From IMG/VR virus record IMGVR_UViG_3300030376_000179, positions 1 through 50,337 of that record: 50,337 bases of DNA; one strand, written 5' to 3'. The number at the start of each line of letters is the position of its first letter. The first letter of the stretch is position 1. The position numbers and the translations under genes are program-made. The stretch comes from a virus (Duplodnaviria > Caudoviricetes). The notes below the pieces were generated by a model, which was not told the DNA's origin, did no database searches, and saw only the letters and a list, made by a program, of their open reading frames with translations. Positions 1-10,413 of this stretch are shown one piece after another.

Positions 1-1
1 A

Positions 2-466
2 GGCGGAGAAGCATTAGGAAACACAGATGACAATGATACTTTTGAAGGTTTCAATGTTGGTCTTGATAGTTCTAATACCCTCCTTCAAAAATTAGATACA
101 GGTTCAGGTTCTACTATTTTTAGTGATTTTACAAGTGGTAGTATTGCTCAGTTAGCCATTGATTTAGATAATGATAAAGTATGGATAGGTAGAAATGGAA
201 CTTGGTATAATAATAACAATGCCTCTACAACTTTAAGTCCAAGTAATCATGATATTGCACTACCGTCTGTTGATTTGGGTTGGGTCTTTGGTTTTGGTAT
301 TCCAAGAAATGGATCAAACAATATAACATTTGAATATAATTGGGGTAATCCATCGTTTGCAATATCAAGTGGCAATTCAGATGCTGATGGTCACGGTAAC
401 TTTGAGTATGCGGTACCAAGTGGTTTCTTTGCAGTAAACAGTAAAAATTTAGCGGAGTACGGATAA
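2..466 (+). CDS. 5'-truncated SPRY/ConA-like lectin-domain virion protein (paralog of 3231..4625)
   Basis: The frame of ORF 275..466 is open from base 2 (GGEALGNT...AIDLDNDKVWIGRNGTW...). Its C-terminus ISSGNSDADGHGNFEYAVPSGFFAVNSKNLAEYG matches that of 3231..4625. Confidence 0.75.
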   Translation, partial: GGEALGNTDDNDTFEGFNVGLDSSNTLLQKLDTGSGSTIFSDFTSGSIAQLAIDLDNDKVWIGRNGTWYNNNNASTTLSPSNHDIALPSVDLGWVFGFGIPRNGSNNITFEYNWGNPSFAISSGNSDADGHGNFEYAVPSGFFAVNSKNLAEYG

Positions 467-1584
467 TGGCTTATACAACAATAGATGATCCATCAGTATA
501 TTTTCAAATAGGTCTTTACACAGGTAATGGAAATAATAACAAAAATATTAATTTAGGATCTGCTAATTTTACAGGAGAATATGTTGGTCAAGATATACAA
601 CCAGATTTGGTGTGGATAAAAAATACAGATACTAATGGAAAAGATCATGGATTATGGGATAGTTCAAGAGGTACATTAAAGCAAATAAATACAAACAATA
701 CTCAAGCAGAAAATAATACCGCAAATTCTTTAACATCTTTTAATAGTAATGGTTTTACTTTAGGTTCTGATGGTGGTCCTAATGCTGCAGATGACGCCCA
801 TGTTGCATGGGTTTGGAAAGCGAATGCTGGATCAAAAACAAGTGTATCAGCAACAGGAACAGCTCACGAAAGCACAATGGCGGGAACACATCAAGCCAAC
901 ACAACTGCTGGATTTTCTATTGTTGAGTTTTCTACTGCCTCTGAGAGTGCTGGAGATAAATTAGTTACACATGGAATAGGTAAAATACCAGAAATGATTA
1001 TAACTAAAGAACTAGATGGAACTAATGATTGGTTTATTCACCATAAACAAGCAAACACTAATGATAGTAAATTTTTAAAATTTTCAACTGGTGCGGTAGG
1101 ATCTACTGCTTCAAGAAATAGTTTTGACACATCAAATATTACTACAACACAATTTGCAGTAGACCGTGATAATGTCGTTAATGATAATAAAGACTATATT
1201 GCTTATTGTTTTGCACCTATAAAAGGATATAGTAGGTTTGGCATATATAGGGGGAACGGTTCCGCTGATGGAACATTTGTCTTTACTGGCTTCAAACCAT
1301 CTTTTCTTATGTTTAAAGCATTATCAGGAACTGAAGGTTGGGGAATATTTGATAACAAGAGAAACACACAATCTCCAGTAGGAAATCCAAGAGATATTTA
1401 TTTACAACCAAATAATAATAATGCTAATTCTTCGGAATCAGATTCAGTGGATTTTTTAAGTAATGGATTTAAATGGCGTATAGATTCTGGTTTTAGAAAT
1501 GGTGACGGTGTAGATTTTATATATATGGCATTTGCAGAAAACCCATTTACATCCTCAGAGGGAGTTCCTGCAACAGCAGGATAA
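466..1584 (+). CDS. putative virion/tail-fibre-associated beta-rich protein (paralog of 4627..5679)
   Basis: Shares QPDxxWIKN, DSSRG, AGFSI, YxGNGxADGTFV, SNGFK and YMAFAENPF motifs with 4627..5679. Start overlaps the upstream stop (TAATG). Confidence 0.7.
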   Translation: MAYTTIDDPSVYFQIGLYTGNGNNNKNINLGSANFTGEYVGQDIQPDLVWIKNTDTNGKDHGLWDSSRGTLKQINTNNTQAENNTANSLTSFNSNGFTLGSDGGPNAADDAHVAWVWKANAGSKTSVSATGTAHESTMAGTHQANTTAGFSIVEFSTASESAGDKLVTHGIGKIPEMIITKELDGTNDWFIHHKQANTNDSKFLKFSTGAVGSTASRNSFDTSNITTTQFAVDRDNVVNDNKDYIAYCFAPIKGYSRFGIYRGNGSADGTFVFTGFKPSFLMFKALSGTEGWGIFDNKRNTQSPVGNPRDIYLQPNNNNANSSESDSVDFLSNGFKWRIDSGFRNGDGVDFIYMAFAENPFTSSEGVPATAG

Positions 1585-1588
1585 TAAG

Positions 1589-1618
1589 TATAAATAGTAT
1601 GAACAGGAGATATAAATA
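1589..1618 (+). promoter_or_regulatory. two T4-type late promoters (TATAAATA at 1589 and 1611)
   Basis: Exact gp55 consensus in an intergenic gap; gp55 is encoded in the window. Confidence 0.7.
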
Positions 1619-1623
1619 ATAGT

Positions 1624-2622
1624 ATGGCATATTTAGGTAGAGAACCAGAGTTTGGGGCATTTGAGAGACAGACAATAACTGCTGATGGTTCAACAACAAC
1701 ATTTACATTAAACTATACAGTAGGTTCAAGTTCATCTATTTTAGTTAATGTTGCAGGTGTTGTTCAAGACCCAACAGGTGCTTATGCGATATCTGGTGGA
1801 GGTACATCAATAGTATTTTCTGCTGCACCAGCAAGTGGTGATACAGTATTCATTATATTCTTAGGTATTGCTTTAGATAGTTCAGGTTTATTATCTACAA
1901 GTTCAATCACATCTCAAACAGATTTAGGTGGCGCACCAGCAACTGGTGACAGTATTTTAATACACGACACAAGTGCTTCGGCATTAAAAGAAATGACTGT
2001 TGCAAATTTATTTACAAGTCCAACAATTACAACACCAGTTATTGCTGAGATAGACGCAACTGGTGATTTTACTTTAGACGTTGAAGGTGATATTAGTTTA
2101 GACGCTAATGGTGCTGACTTAATATTTAAAGATGACGGTACGGCTATTGGTCGATTAAAAAATTCTTCTAGTAATTTAGTAGTAGCAGCAAATGTGCAAG
2201 ATAAAGACCTTATATTTGAAGGTAATGATGGCGGTGTTATAATCACACCATTAACTTTAGATATGTCAAATTCAGGTGCAGCTATATTTTCTGCTGCTGC
2301 CTATAATGCAGAATCAACTTTAACAGACGCTTCAACAATATCTTGGAATGCAATCACACAACCTGTTGCAAAAGTAACACTAGCAGGTAGTAGAACATTA
2401 AGTGCTGCTTCAGGAGGCGTTGCAGGTGCATTTATTAGTTTATTAATTATACAAGACGGAACAGGTAGTAGAACAGTATCGTTCAATGCGGCATACGAAT
2501 TTAAAGATGACACCGCACCAACATTAACGACAACAGCCGCAAAAGGTGATCTATTTGTGTTTAGATATAATGGGGCAAAATGGTTAGAAGTTGGTCGTAA
2601 TCAGAATTTAACTTTATCATAG
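1624..2622 (+). CDS. tail fibre-like structural protein
   Basis: MAYLG N-terminus, Thr/Ser/Gly-rich; C-terminal IIQDGTGSRT...PTLTTTAAKGDL domain typical of phage fibres; followed by a chaperone-like gene. Confidence 0.6.
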   Translation: MAYLGREPEFGAFERQTITADGSTTTFTLNYTVGSSSSILVNVAGVVQDPTGAYAISGGGTSIVFSAAPASGDTVFIIFLGIALDSSGLLSTSSITSQTDLGGAPATGDSILIHDTSASALKEMTVANLFTSPTITTPVIAEIDATGDFTLDVEGDISLDANGADLIFKDDGTAIGRLKNSSSNLVVAANVQDKDLIFEGNDGGVIITPLTLDMSNSGAAIFSAAAYNAESTLTDASTISWNAITQPVAKVTLAGSRTLSAASGGVAGAFISLLIIQDGTGSRTVSFNAAYEFKDDTAPTLTTTAAKGDLFVFRYNGAKWLEVGRNQNLTLS

Positions 2623-2630
2623 GAGACATA

Positions 2631-3224
2631 ATGTTTGCAGTAGTAGAATCAGGATCAATAACATCAATGCCAAAAGGCAACAAAGGTATTCAGATAGGTG
2701 ATATAAAACATCCTGCTAGTATATTTACAATATGGACAGAAGCAGAAAGAAATGCTATAGGCGTTTATACAGTAGAAATAGACTACACCAATAAAAAAGA
2801 TGAAGAATGGTATATCAATACTAATATTTCATATGCATTTTCTGGTGGTAAAGTAACAGGAACATACGGCACAGCAACAGCAAAAGCAATTGCAGACGCT
2901 AACGCAAAAGATGAGAATGGTGATGATCTAGATCCTGTTGTAGTTATCAAAGGTTTAAAAACAATTAAAAAAGAAATGATTGATAGTCAATGTGCAGGAA
3001 TACTTGCACCTAGTGATTGGATGGTTGTAAAAGCAACAGAAACAGGAACAACAATGGATTCTGGTTGGAAAACTTGGCGTGCTTCTGTAAGAACAAAATG
3101 TAATTCAATGCAAACACAAATAGATAACGCAGCAAATACAGCAGCATTACACGCATTATTCACATACACAACGACAGACGGAGTGACATCAAGACCATTA
3201 GGTGAGTTTCCAATAAAGGAGTAA
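2631..3224 (+). CDS. tail fibre assembly chaperone-like protein
   Basis: C-terminal LAPSDWMV...WKTWRASVR pattern of phage tail assembly chaperones; AGGAG RBS. Confidence 0.55.
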   Translation: MFAVVESGSITSMPKGNKGIQIGDIKHPASIFTIWTEAERNAIGVYTVEIDYTNKKDEEWYINTNISYAFSGGKVTGTYGTATAKAIADANAKDENGDDLDPVVVIKGLKTIKKEMIDSQCAGILAPSDWMVVKATETGTTMDSGWKTWRASVRTKCNSMQTQIDNAANTAALHALFTYTTTDGVTSRPLGEFPIKE

Positions 3225-3230
3225 TATAAT

Positions 3231-4625
3231 ATGCCAACAATTCTTGGTGCGAATACTGAATCAGCCGCTTACGAGATAAGTAATTCACTTAGACTTAATG
3301 ATGATGATGGTAGCTATTTTTACAAAACTATAGGTAATGCTAATACAGGTGAAGATAATGCTACTTTATCTTTTTGGTTTAAATTAGGAAATATTAAAAC
3401 TGCTAACAATGGTGGTACTATTATGACTAATGGTGGTGCAGGCGGTAATCACATTATTCAATTATACGCACAAAAAATTTACATAGGCTCTGCAACTTTT
3501 AGTGTAATGTTTCCTAATTTAATTAGAGACCCTAGTGCATGGTATCATTTATTTATTGCTTTTGATTCAAGTCAAGGGACAAGCACCAATAGAGTTAAAG
3601 CATATTTAAATGGTGTTTTATTAACAGACGCAACAGGATTTACAACATATCCAGACCAAAATGAAAATTTAGAATTAGTAGGAAATGGAAATTTAATAAG
3701 AATAGGTAGTAGGGGTAATACAGGTGATGAAGCGTTTGATGGTTATTTAGCCGAGTTTCATTATTTAGATGGCACCACAAAAGCATATACAGATTTTGGA
3801 GAGTTTAATGATAATGGAGTTTGGATTCCAATAGAGTATACAGGTGGCTCTTATGGTAATAATGGTTTTTATTTTAAATGGGAAGATAGCGGTGCTTTAG
3901 GTACAGATTCTTCCAGTAATGCAGATAATTTTACACCTAGTGGATTTGACGCACAAAATTCTACAACAGATACGCCTACAAATAATTTTTGTACAATGTC
4001 ACCTATAGATACAAACACAACAGCTAGTTTAAGTGAAGGCAATACACAATTACAACGAGGAAGTGGTTATGCGGGTTGTAATGGTACTTTTGGTGTAGCA
4101 AATGGAAAATGGTATTGGGAAATAAAAACACCAAATCCTACAGTTAGTAGTGAAAACTCTAGTTTTGGCGTTATTAAAGTGCCTCACTCAACTCAAGGAC
4201 AAGCTTATTTAGGAGTAAATACAAACTCTTGGGCTATAATGATTGATAATGCGGCTTCTGATATTTTTAAGATGCACAATAACTCATTTACAAACACATC
4301 CATAGACGCATCAGCCAATGATATTTTTCAAATAGCCTTAGATATGGATAATAACAAAGTATATTTTGGTAGAAACGGAACATACTTTGATTCTGGTAAT
4401 CCATCTGGTAATTCTAATGAAACATATTCTAGTGTTTCTGGTGACCCTTTTATTTTTCCAACTTTTTCTATGAATGGCAATGATACGTTACAAGCAAATT
4501 TTGGCAACGCACCTTTTTCAATATCAAGTGGTAACTCAGATGCAAATGGATATGGTAACTTTGAATACGCAGTACCTACTGGATACTATTCACTATGCAC
4601 GAAGAACCTAGCGGAGTACGGATAA
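3231..4625 (+). CDS. LamG/ConA-like plus SPRY-domain virion protein
   Basis: TLSFWFK...RDPSAWYH...FDGYLAEFHY (LamG-like) followed by GKWYWEI...IALDMDNNKVYFGRNG (SPRY-like). Confidence 0.7.
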   Translation: MPTILGANTESAAYEISNSLRLNDDDGSYFYKTIGNANTGEDNATLSFWFKLGNIKTANNGGTIMTNGGAGGNHIIQLYAQKIYIGSATFSVMFPNLIRDPSAWYHLFIAFDSSQGTSTNRVKAYLNGVLLTDATGFTTYPDQNENLELVGNGNLIRIGSRGNTGDEAFDGYLAEFHYLDGTTKAYTDFGEFNDNGVWIPIEYTGGSYGNNGFYFKWEDSGALGTDSSSNADNFTPSGFDAQNSTTDTPTNNFCTMSPIDTNTTASLSEGNTQLQRGSGYAGCNGTFGVANGKWYWEIKTPNPTVSSENSSFGVIKVPHSTQGQAYLGVNTNSWAIMIDNAASDIFKMHNNSFTNTSIDASANDIFQIALDMDNNKVYFGRNGTYFDSGNPSGNSNETYSSVSGDPFIFPTFSMNGNDTLQANFGNAPFSISSGNSDANGYGNFEYAVPTGYYSLCTKNLAEYG

Positions 4626-4626
4626 A

Positions 4627-5679
4627 ATGGCTTTTACAACGATAGACGACCCATCAGTATATTTTCATACACAGTTATATACTGGTACAGGTAGTTCACA
4701 TTCAGTTACAAATAATGCAAACGCAGGAAATTTTCAACCAGATTGGATTTGGATAAAAAATAGAACTGATGACGCAGGTCATCCTATGTTTGATAGTTCA
4801 AGAGGTGTAAATAAAAATTTAACTGTAAACTCTACTGATGCTGAATCAACTGTAACAACACAAGTTACAGCATTTAATTCTGATGGTTTTACTGTAACAA
4901 CAAATAATGGTGCTAATGGTTCAAGTGATAATTTAGTAGCATGGCAATGGAAAGCAAATGGTGGAACAGTAGCTAATGATACTAATGGAGATATAACAAC
5001 ATCTGTTCAAGCAAGTCAAACAGCAGGATTTTCTATTGCAACATATACAGGTAATGGTGGTTCTGGTCAAACTTTAGGGCATGGTTTAGGTGCAGAAGCA
5101 GACCTTATAATTTTTAAAGATAGAGAATCATCATCAGCTTGGAGAACATATGTAAGATTATTAGGTGCTAGTAAATTTTTAGATTTAAACACTACTAACG
5201 CAGCAAATACTTCAAGTAATATTTTTCCAAGTGCTAGTTCTACAACAATAGGTGTTGAACAAAATAATGTAATGAATAAAAATAATAGTGATTTTGTCAT
5301 GTATTCTTTTCGTTCTATACAAGGCTACAGTAAAATTGGTAGCTACACCGGGAACGGCGATGCAGATGGAACATTTGTTTATCTTGGCTTTAAACCAGCT
5401 TGGATTATGATTAAATGCACAAGTGAAGGCAGTAGAAATTGGTTAATTTATGACAATAAAAGAGAAACTTTTAATGAACAAGAATATTTTATCAGAGCAC
5501 AAAGTAGTGGTGAAGAACAAAGAGATGATGGTTATTCTGAAATAGATTTATTAAGTAATGGTTTTAAATTAAGAGGTACCTCTGGAGATACTAATAAATC
5601 TAGTGCAACATTCATCTACCTAGCGTTTGCAGAAAACCCTTTTGTTTCCTCAAAAGGTGTACCCACAACAGCAAGATAA
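4627..5679 (+). CDS. putative virion/tail-fibre-associated protein (paralog of 466..1584)
   Basis: Runs MAFTTIDDPSVYF...YLAFAENPF and is colinear with 466..1584. Confidence 0.7.
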   Translation: MAFTTIDDPSVYFHTQLYTGTGSSHSVTNNANAGNFQPDWIWIKNRTDDAGHPMFDSSRGVNKNLTVNSTDAESTVTTQVTAFNSDGFTVTTNNGANGSSDNLVAWQWKANGGTVANDTNGDITTSVQASQTAGFSIATYTGNGGSGQTLGHGLGAEADLIIFKDRESSSAWRTYVRLLGASKFLDLNTTNAANTSSNIFPSASSTTIGVEQNNVMNKNNSDFVMYSFRSIQGYSKIGSYTGNGDADGTFVYLGFKPAWIMIKCTSEGSRNWLIYDNKRETFNEQEYFIRAQSSGEEQRDDGYSEIDLLSNGFKLRGTSGDTNKSSATFIYLAFAENPFVSSKGVPTTAR

Positions 5680-5681
5680 AA

Positions 5682-5689
5682 TATAAATA
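5682..5689 (+). promoter_or_regulatory. T4-type late promoter
   Basis: Intergenic TATAAATA. Confidence 0.65.
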
Positions 5690-5749
5690 GTTACAAATAA
5701 TATTGGACTGACTTGTAAAAGGCAGTACATAATTTAAAAGGAGAAAACA

Positions 5750-6274
5750 ATGGCACATTTTGCAAAACTAGGAACAAACAGTAAAGTAATTGCTGTTCAT
5801 GTTCTAGACAATAACCAAATGTTGAACGCTGATAATCAAGAAGATGAATCAGTAGGTCAACAAAGATTAGCACAAATACACGGATGGCCTGCTGAATTGT
5901 GGATTCAAACATCTTACAATACTAGAGCCGGTAAACACTATGACGCTAATGGTGATTTATCTAGTGATCAATCAAAAGCATATAGAGGTAATTACGCAGG
6001 TATAGGTTATACTTGGGATGATGAAAACTTTATTTTTATGTCACCAAAACCATATGCAAGTTGGACAAAAACTGTATCAACTGCTACATGGAACGCACCT
6101 ATTACATATCCAAGTGCAACAACATATACTGCCGCTGATAGTTCTACACAACCGTGGGGAATATATTGGGACGAGGCAGCATATCAAGCAAACAATTCTA
6201 AAGGTTGGGAAGCAACAAAAGTTGGTGCTTCAGACGTATTTGAGTGGAATGGTTCTGCTTGGATTGCACAGTAA
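5750..6274 (+). CDS. conserved phage protein (MAHFA family, usually next to Gly-rich fibre genes)
   Basis: MAHFAKL...WIQTSYNT...RGNYAGIGYTWD...PKPYASW motifs; AAGGAG RBS. Confidence 0.6.
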   Translation: MAHFAKLGTNSKVIAVHVLDNNQMLNADNQEDESVGQQRLAQIHGWPAELWIQTSYNTRAGKHYDANGDLSSDQSKAYRGNYAGIGYTWDDENFIFMSPKPYASWTKTVSTATWNAPITYPSATTYTAADSSTQPWGIYWDEAAYQANNSKGWEATKVGASDVFEWNGSAWIAQ

Positions 6275-6289
6275 TAGTATGGTGTTGTT

Positions 6290-6853
6290 ATGGAAAAAAA
6301 ATTATTAAGCGAAACTTCGATAGTTACAGGTACGGTTGATACTATATCTCATATAAAACCAAAACTAATAGAAAATCATTGTTTATCTAATTTTTCTTTA
6401 TCAGATAAAATTAAAGATGATCAGTTTTGGCATTTAAAAGATTATAGTGTTGTGCCGTACCATCAACACATACAATGGTTACAAGATTATATAAGAGACC
6501 ATTATAGAGTAGAATATGGTGCAGTTCTTATACCTCCAGCTGAACATACACATTTAAATATTAGATCAATTGTTCAACAAACAAATGAGAGTGTAAATTA
6601 TCATAATCATGTTAACCCTTGGGATTTAGAACATTCACCAGATATATCGTGTTTATATTGTGTTTCAGAAACACCAGAACCTGCTTATGTTATATTTAAG
6701 TATGATGATGGTAGAAACGCACATAATCTGTGGAAAGTAGAAATAAAGTATAATCAATTTATACTATTTAATTCTAATTTAGAACACTATATTACACAGA
6801 ATAAAAATAGTGGTTTTCTAGTGAATTTATCAACACACTATCAATTGATATAA
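6290..6853 (+). CDS. 2OG-Fe(II) oxygenase-like protein
   Basis: HNH motif, later FILFNSNLEH (distal His), and a terminal beta strand. Confidence 0.6.
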   Translation: MEKKLLSETSIVTGTVDTISHIKPKLIENHCLSNFSLSDKIKDDQFWHLKDYSVVPYHQHIQWLQDYIRDHYRVEYGAVLIPPAEHTHLNIRSIVQQTNESVNYHNHVNPWDLEHSPDISCLYCVSETPEPAYVIFKYDDGRNAHNLWKVEIKYNQFILFNSNLEHYITQNKNSGFLVNLSTHYQLI

Positions 6854-6856
6854 ATA
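6849..6856 (+). promoter_or_regulatory. T4-type late promoter
   Basis: TATAAATA 5 nt before ATG 6862. Confidence 0.65.
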
Positions 6857-6861
6857 GTAAT

Positions 6862-8316
6862 ATGGCAATCAACAAACTACCAAGAAGTGGAATAGCAGAT
6901 AGTGCTGTCACAACAGCAAAAGTAGGTGACGGATTAATCAATGCTGCTACAGAGTTTCCTGATTGTCAAATTGCAAGTACCAGACTAGCAGATTGTGCTG
7001 TCACCAACGCAAAATTATCAAACTCAGCAATAACTGTTAGAGGTTCATCTACAGCATTAGGTGCTTCTCTAACAGTTAATCCTGATGTTAACTGGCAATC
7101 AGTAGTAGTATCTGATGGTTCTACTGTTACAACAATGGTTGCATTTAGAGGATATTTTGTAAATAATTCTAGTGCGGCAGGGTTAGTAAAATTACCTAGT
7201 TCAGCAGCAATAGGAGATACTATACAAATAAAAGATTATGCTGGTAATTTTGGTACAAATAATTTAACAATTCAAAGAAACAGCCACAATATAGCAGGTA
7301 ATGCTACAGACGCCGTAATAAAAACAAATAGAGCGTCAATCGTATTAGTTTATGTAGATAGTACAAAAGGTTGGGTTATTACTATTGAGAGTAATGTGAG
7401 TGATTTACAAAGTAAACTTCACACAGAAGCAACAGGTGGTACAGTAACCACATCAGGTGATTTCAAGATACATACATTTACAGGAGATGGTAATTTTGTC
7501 GTAAGTCAAGTAGGTAATGCACCAATACCTGGCGCTGGTCCAAGTAATGTTGATTATCTAGTAATCGCTGGCGGAGGCGGTGGTTATTGCTCAGTTGCAG
7601 GTGGCGGCGGAGGCGGAGGTGGTCATAGAACTACTTTTCCAAGTCCTGGTTGTAATGCAGGTGCATTTCCAATATCGGCACAAACATATCCAATCACAGT
7701 AGGTGGTGGCGGTGCCGCTTCATCTAATGGTGCAAATTCAGTTTTTAGTACAATTACATCTGCCGGTGGTGGCACTGGTGGTAATTATAACTCAGGCGGA
7801 GCTAATGGCGGATCTGGTGGAGGTGGCGGAGGAACAGACGGTAGTCCAAGTTCTGCTGGTCCAGCAGGTTCAGGTAATACACCTCCAGTTTCTCCACCTC
7901 AAGGTAATAATGGTGGTGCAACAGTAGCACAAACAAATGGACAATTAGGTGGTTCAGGTGGCGGTGGCATAGGTGGTGCAGGATCAAATTCACCTCCATC
8001 AGGTCCTACTGCAGGTGGCGGTGGTGCAGGTGGTAATGGTGGTGCAAACAGTATAACTGCTTCCTCAGTCACACGAGCAGGTGGCGGTGGAGGAGGTAAT
8101 CGAAGTTATAATGGACCTAACCCTGGTCCTGGTACTGGTGGCGCTGCAGGTCCTGGTGGTGGAGGAAAAGGTGGTGGTACTGACGGTACTTCTACACCTG
8201 GTACAGACAACACCGGTGGCGGTGGTGGCGGAAAAGGATTTGGAACTTTCTCACCTAATGTCGTTGGAACAGGTGGTTCAGGCGTAGTAATTATAAGGTA
8301 TAAGTATCAAAACTAG
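6862..8316 (+). CDS. glycine-rich fibre/adhesin-like protein A1
   Basis: AVTTAK repeats, a GYFV...IKDYAGNFGTNNLTI domain, ATGGTVTTSGDFKIHTF, poly-Gly tracts, C-terminal GGSGVVIIRY. Confidence 0.7.
   Translation: MAINKLPRSGIADSAVTTAKVGDGLINAATEFPDCQIASTRLADCAVTNAKLSNSAITVRGSSTALGASLTVNPDVNWQSVVVSDGSTVTTMVAFRGYFVNNSSAAGLVKLPSSAAIGDTIQIKDYAGNFGTNNLTIQRNSHNIAGNATDAVIKTNRASIVLVYVDSTKGWVITIESNVSDLQSKLHTEATGGTVTTSGDFKIHTFTGDGNFVVSQVGNAPIPGAGPSNVDYLVIAGGGGGYCSVAGGGGGGGGHRTTFPSPGCNAGAFPISAQTYPITVGGGGAASSNGANSVFSTITSAGGGTGGNYNSGGANGGSGGGGGGTDGSPSSAGPAGSGNTPPVSPPQGNNGGATVAQTNGQLGGSGGGGIGGAGSNSPPSGPTAGGGGAGGNGGANSITASSVTRAGGGGGGNRSYNGPNPGPGTGGAAGPGGGGKGGGTDGTSTPGTDNTGGGGGGKGFGTFSPNVVGTGGSGVVIIRYKYQN
8272..8311 (+). 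repeat. 40-bp exact direct repeat (second copy 12592..12631)
   Basis: GGTGGTTCAGGCGTAGTAATTATAAGGTATAAGTATCAAA at the 3' ends of A1 and A2. Confidence 0.85.
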
Positions 8317-8328
8317 ATAAATAGATAT

Positions 8329-9726
8329 ATGGCATTAACAAAAGTAACAACTTCAGGAATAACAGATGACGCTGTAAACGCAGCAAAGATTGCTGACGGA
8401 ACACTTACAACGGCAGATATTGCTCCAGGTACAATCACAACAGCAAAACTTGCAGGGTCTATCACAAACGCAAAATTAGCAAACAGTTCAATAACACTTA
8501 ATGGTGCAGCCGTAGCATTAGGTGGTTCAACAAGTTTAGGTTCAATCTCATGGCAATCAGTAGTGGTTGCAGATGGTTCAACAGCAACAACAGGTGTTGC
8601 AGGTAGAGGTTATTTCATAAACACTACATCAGCAACACACACACTTAATTTACCATCTAGTCCTAGTGCAGGTGACACAATTGCAATAAAAGATTATGCA
8701 GGTACTTTTGGTTCAAACGCACTTACAATAGGTCGTAATAGTAAAAAAATTCAAGGTAATACAAACGATAGTACAATAGAAACTGATCGTGCTTCAATAG
8801 TATGTGTTTTTATTGATGATACAAAAGGTTGGTTATTTACAAATGAATCAAATGTCGCAGATTTTGGTCCAAAATATATTGCGGCAACAGGTGGTACTGT
8901 TACAACATCAGGCGATTACAAAATACATACATTTACAGGAGATGGTAACTTTGTTGTAAGTCAAGCAGCAGCAAACGTTCCAGACGCTGACTCTAAAGTA
9001 GATCACTTAATAATTGCAGGTGGTGGAGGAGGAGGCGGTTCAAACTCATCTACAACAGGTGGAGGCGCAGGTGCAGGTGCATATCGTGTTTCTGCTACTC
9101 ATTATTCAGGACCATCTTTAGCAACAGGTATTTCAGCAGTTCCAGTTTCAGCAACAACATATCCAATCACAATAGGTGGTGGAGGTTCTGGTGGACAAGG
9201 TGCAGGTGCAGGTGTTGCTGGTGTTGGTGCAAATTCAGTTTTTAGTACAATAACTTCTTCTGGAGGAGGTAGAGGCGGTTGCGCTCAAAATGTTCCTAAT
9301 CCAAATGCAGCGTCATCATCACCTAGAGGTGCGACACCAAGTAGAGCACCAGGTAACGGTTCAGGTGGCGGTGGTGCAGGTTCTGCTCCTAACACAGGAG
9401 GACAACCAGGTGGTACATACGGTAATGATGGACGACCAGGTATCAATCCAGGTGCAGGTGGCGGAGGCGGCGGTGCCGGCGGTAATGGTAATGATGGAAA
9501 CGGAGATATTGGTGGCGGCGGCGGTTCAGGTGACGCAAACTCAATTACAGGAAGTCCTGTCTCTAGAGCAAACGGAGGCCCAGCAGCACCACGAGCACCA
9601 GGTAGTAACGGTACAAATGCAACTGCTAATACAGGTGCAGGTGGACCATCTGCTCAATACCCTAATAATAATGGGGGTAATGGTGGATCAGGAATTGCGA
9701 TTATACGATATAAGTATCAAGCATAA
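8329..9726 (+). CDS. glycine-rich fibre/adhesin-like protein B1
   Basis: Same architecture as A1; GATAAATAG late-promoter-like motif at 8316-8324. Confidence 0.7.
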   Translation: MALTKVTTSGITDDAVNAAKIADGTLTTADIAPGTITTAKLAGSITNAKLANSSITLNGAAVALGGSTSLGSISWQSVVVADGSTATTGVAGRGYFINTTSATHTLNLPSSPSAGDTIAIKDYAGTFGSNALTIGRNSKKIQGNTNDSTIETDRASIVCVFIDDTKGWLFTNESNVADFGPKYIAATGGTVTTSGDYKIHTFTGDGNFVVSQAAANVPDADSKVDHLIIAGGGGGGGSNSSTTGGGAGAGAYRVSATHYSGPSLATGISAVPVSATTYPITIGGGGSGGQGAGAGVAGVGANSVFSTITSSGGGRGGCAQNVPNPNAASSSPRGATPSRAPGNGSGGGGAGSAPNTGGQPGGTYGNDGRPGINPGAGGGGGGAGGNGNDGNGDIGGGGGSGDANSITGSPVSRANGGPAAPRAPGSNGTNATANTGAGGPSAQYPNNNGGNGGSGIAIIRYKYQA

Positions 9727-9752
9727 TTAGTCTTTTTTAAGACTACTATATA
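9724..9752 (+). repeat. 29-bp intergenic element with hairpin, copy 1
   Basis: TAATTAGTCTTTTTTAAGACTACTATATA, identical at 14007..14035; stem TAGTCTT/AAGACTA; followed by AAAGGTGATT RBS. Confidence 0.85.
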
Positions 9753-9771
9753 ATACAAAGGTGATTTAATA

Positions 9772-10404
9772 ATGAATAAAGAAGTGCATATGAATTGGTT
9801 GAATTGGGGTCCTTTCGTAGGAAAATTTAATCTCGACAAATCAATAATTAAAAGATTACATAAAGATGGTAAGAAAGAATTACAATCTTATCATAAAAAT
9901 CTTGCAGGTCATGTAAAAAGACAAGTTGTATTTAATGACGATACAACAGATTGGTTTTATCAACAAGTACAACCAATTCTAGATACATACAGACAAGGTC
10001 ATTTACAATATCACGGATTAGCAAAAAAAGAAGTAAAAATAGGTTATGAGGATCTATGGATTAACTTTATGCAACCTGGTGATTTTAATCCTGTACACAC
10101 TCACGCAGGTGATTATTCTTTTGTTGTTTTTGTCGATATACCTAAATCATTAAAAAAAGAACAAGACGCATTTGAAGGAACATCAACCGTGCCCGGTGCT
10201 TTACAGTTTGAATATGGCGTTCAAGCTAGACCACCTTGGGCAACAACAGGTCACGCAATAATACCCGAAACAGGACAAATGCTTATGTTTCCTGCTCTCA
10301 TGCAACATTGGGTAATACCATATAAAACTAATTGTACAAGAGTAACAGTATCAGGTAATTTGCGTATCATGAATAGAGACGAATTACCACCACATTATTT
10401 TTAG
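9772..10404 (+). CDS. 2OG-Fe(II) oxygenase
   Basis: WINFMQPGDFNPVHTH, MFPALMQHWV and RVTVSGN motifs. Confidence 0.8.
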   Translation: MNKEVHMNWLNWGPFVGKFNLDKSIIKRLHKDGKKELQSYHKNLAGHVKRQVVFNDDTTDWFYQQVQPILDTYRQGHLQYHGLAKKEVKIGYEDLWINFMQPGDFNPVHTHAGDYSFVVFVDIPKSLKKEQDAFEGTSTVPGALQFEYGVQARPPWATTGHAIIPETGQMLMFPALMQHWVIPYKTNCTRVTVSGNLRIMNRDELPPHYF

Positions 10405-10413
10405 GAGTATATA

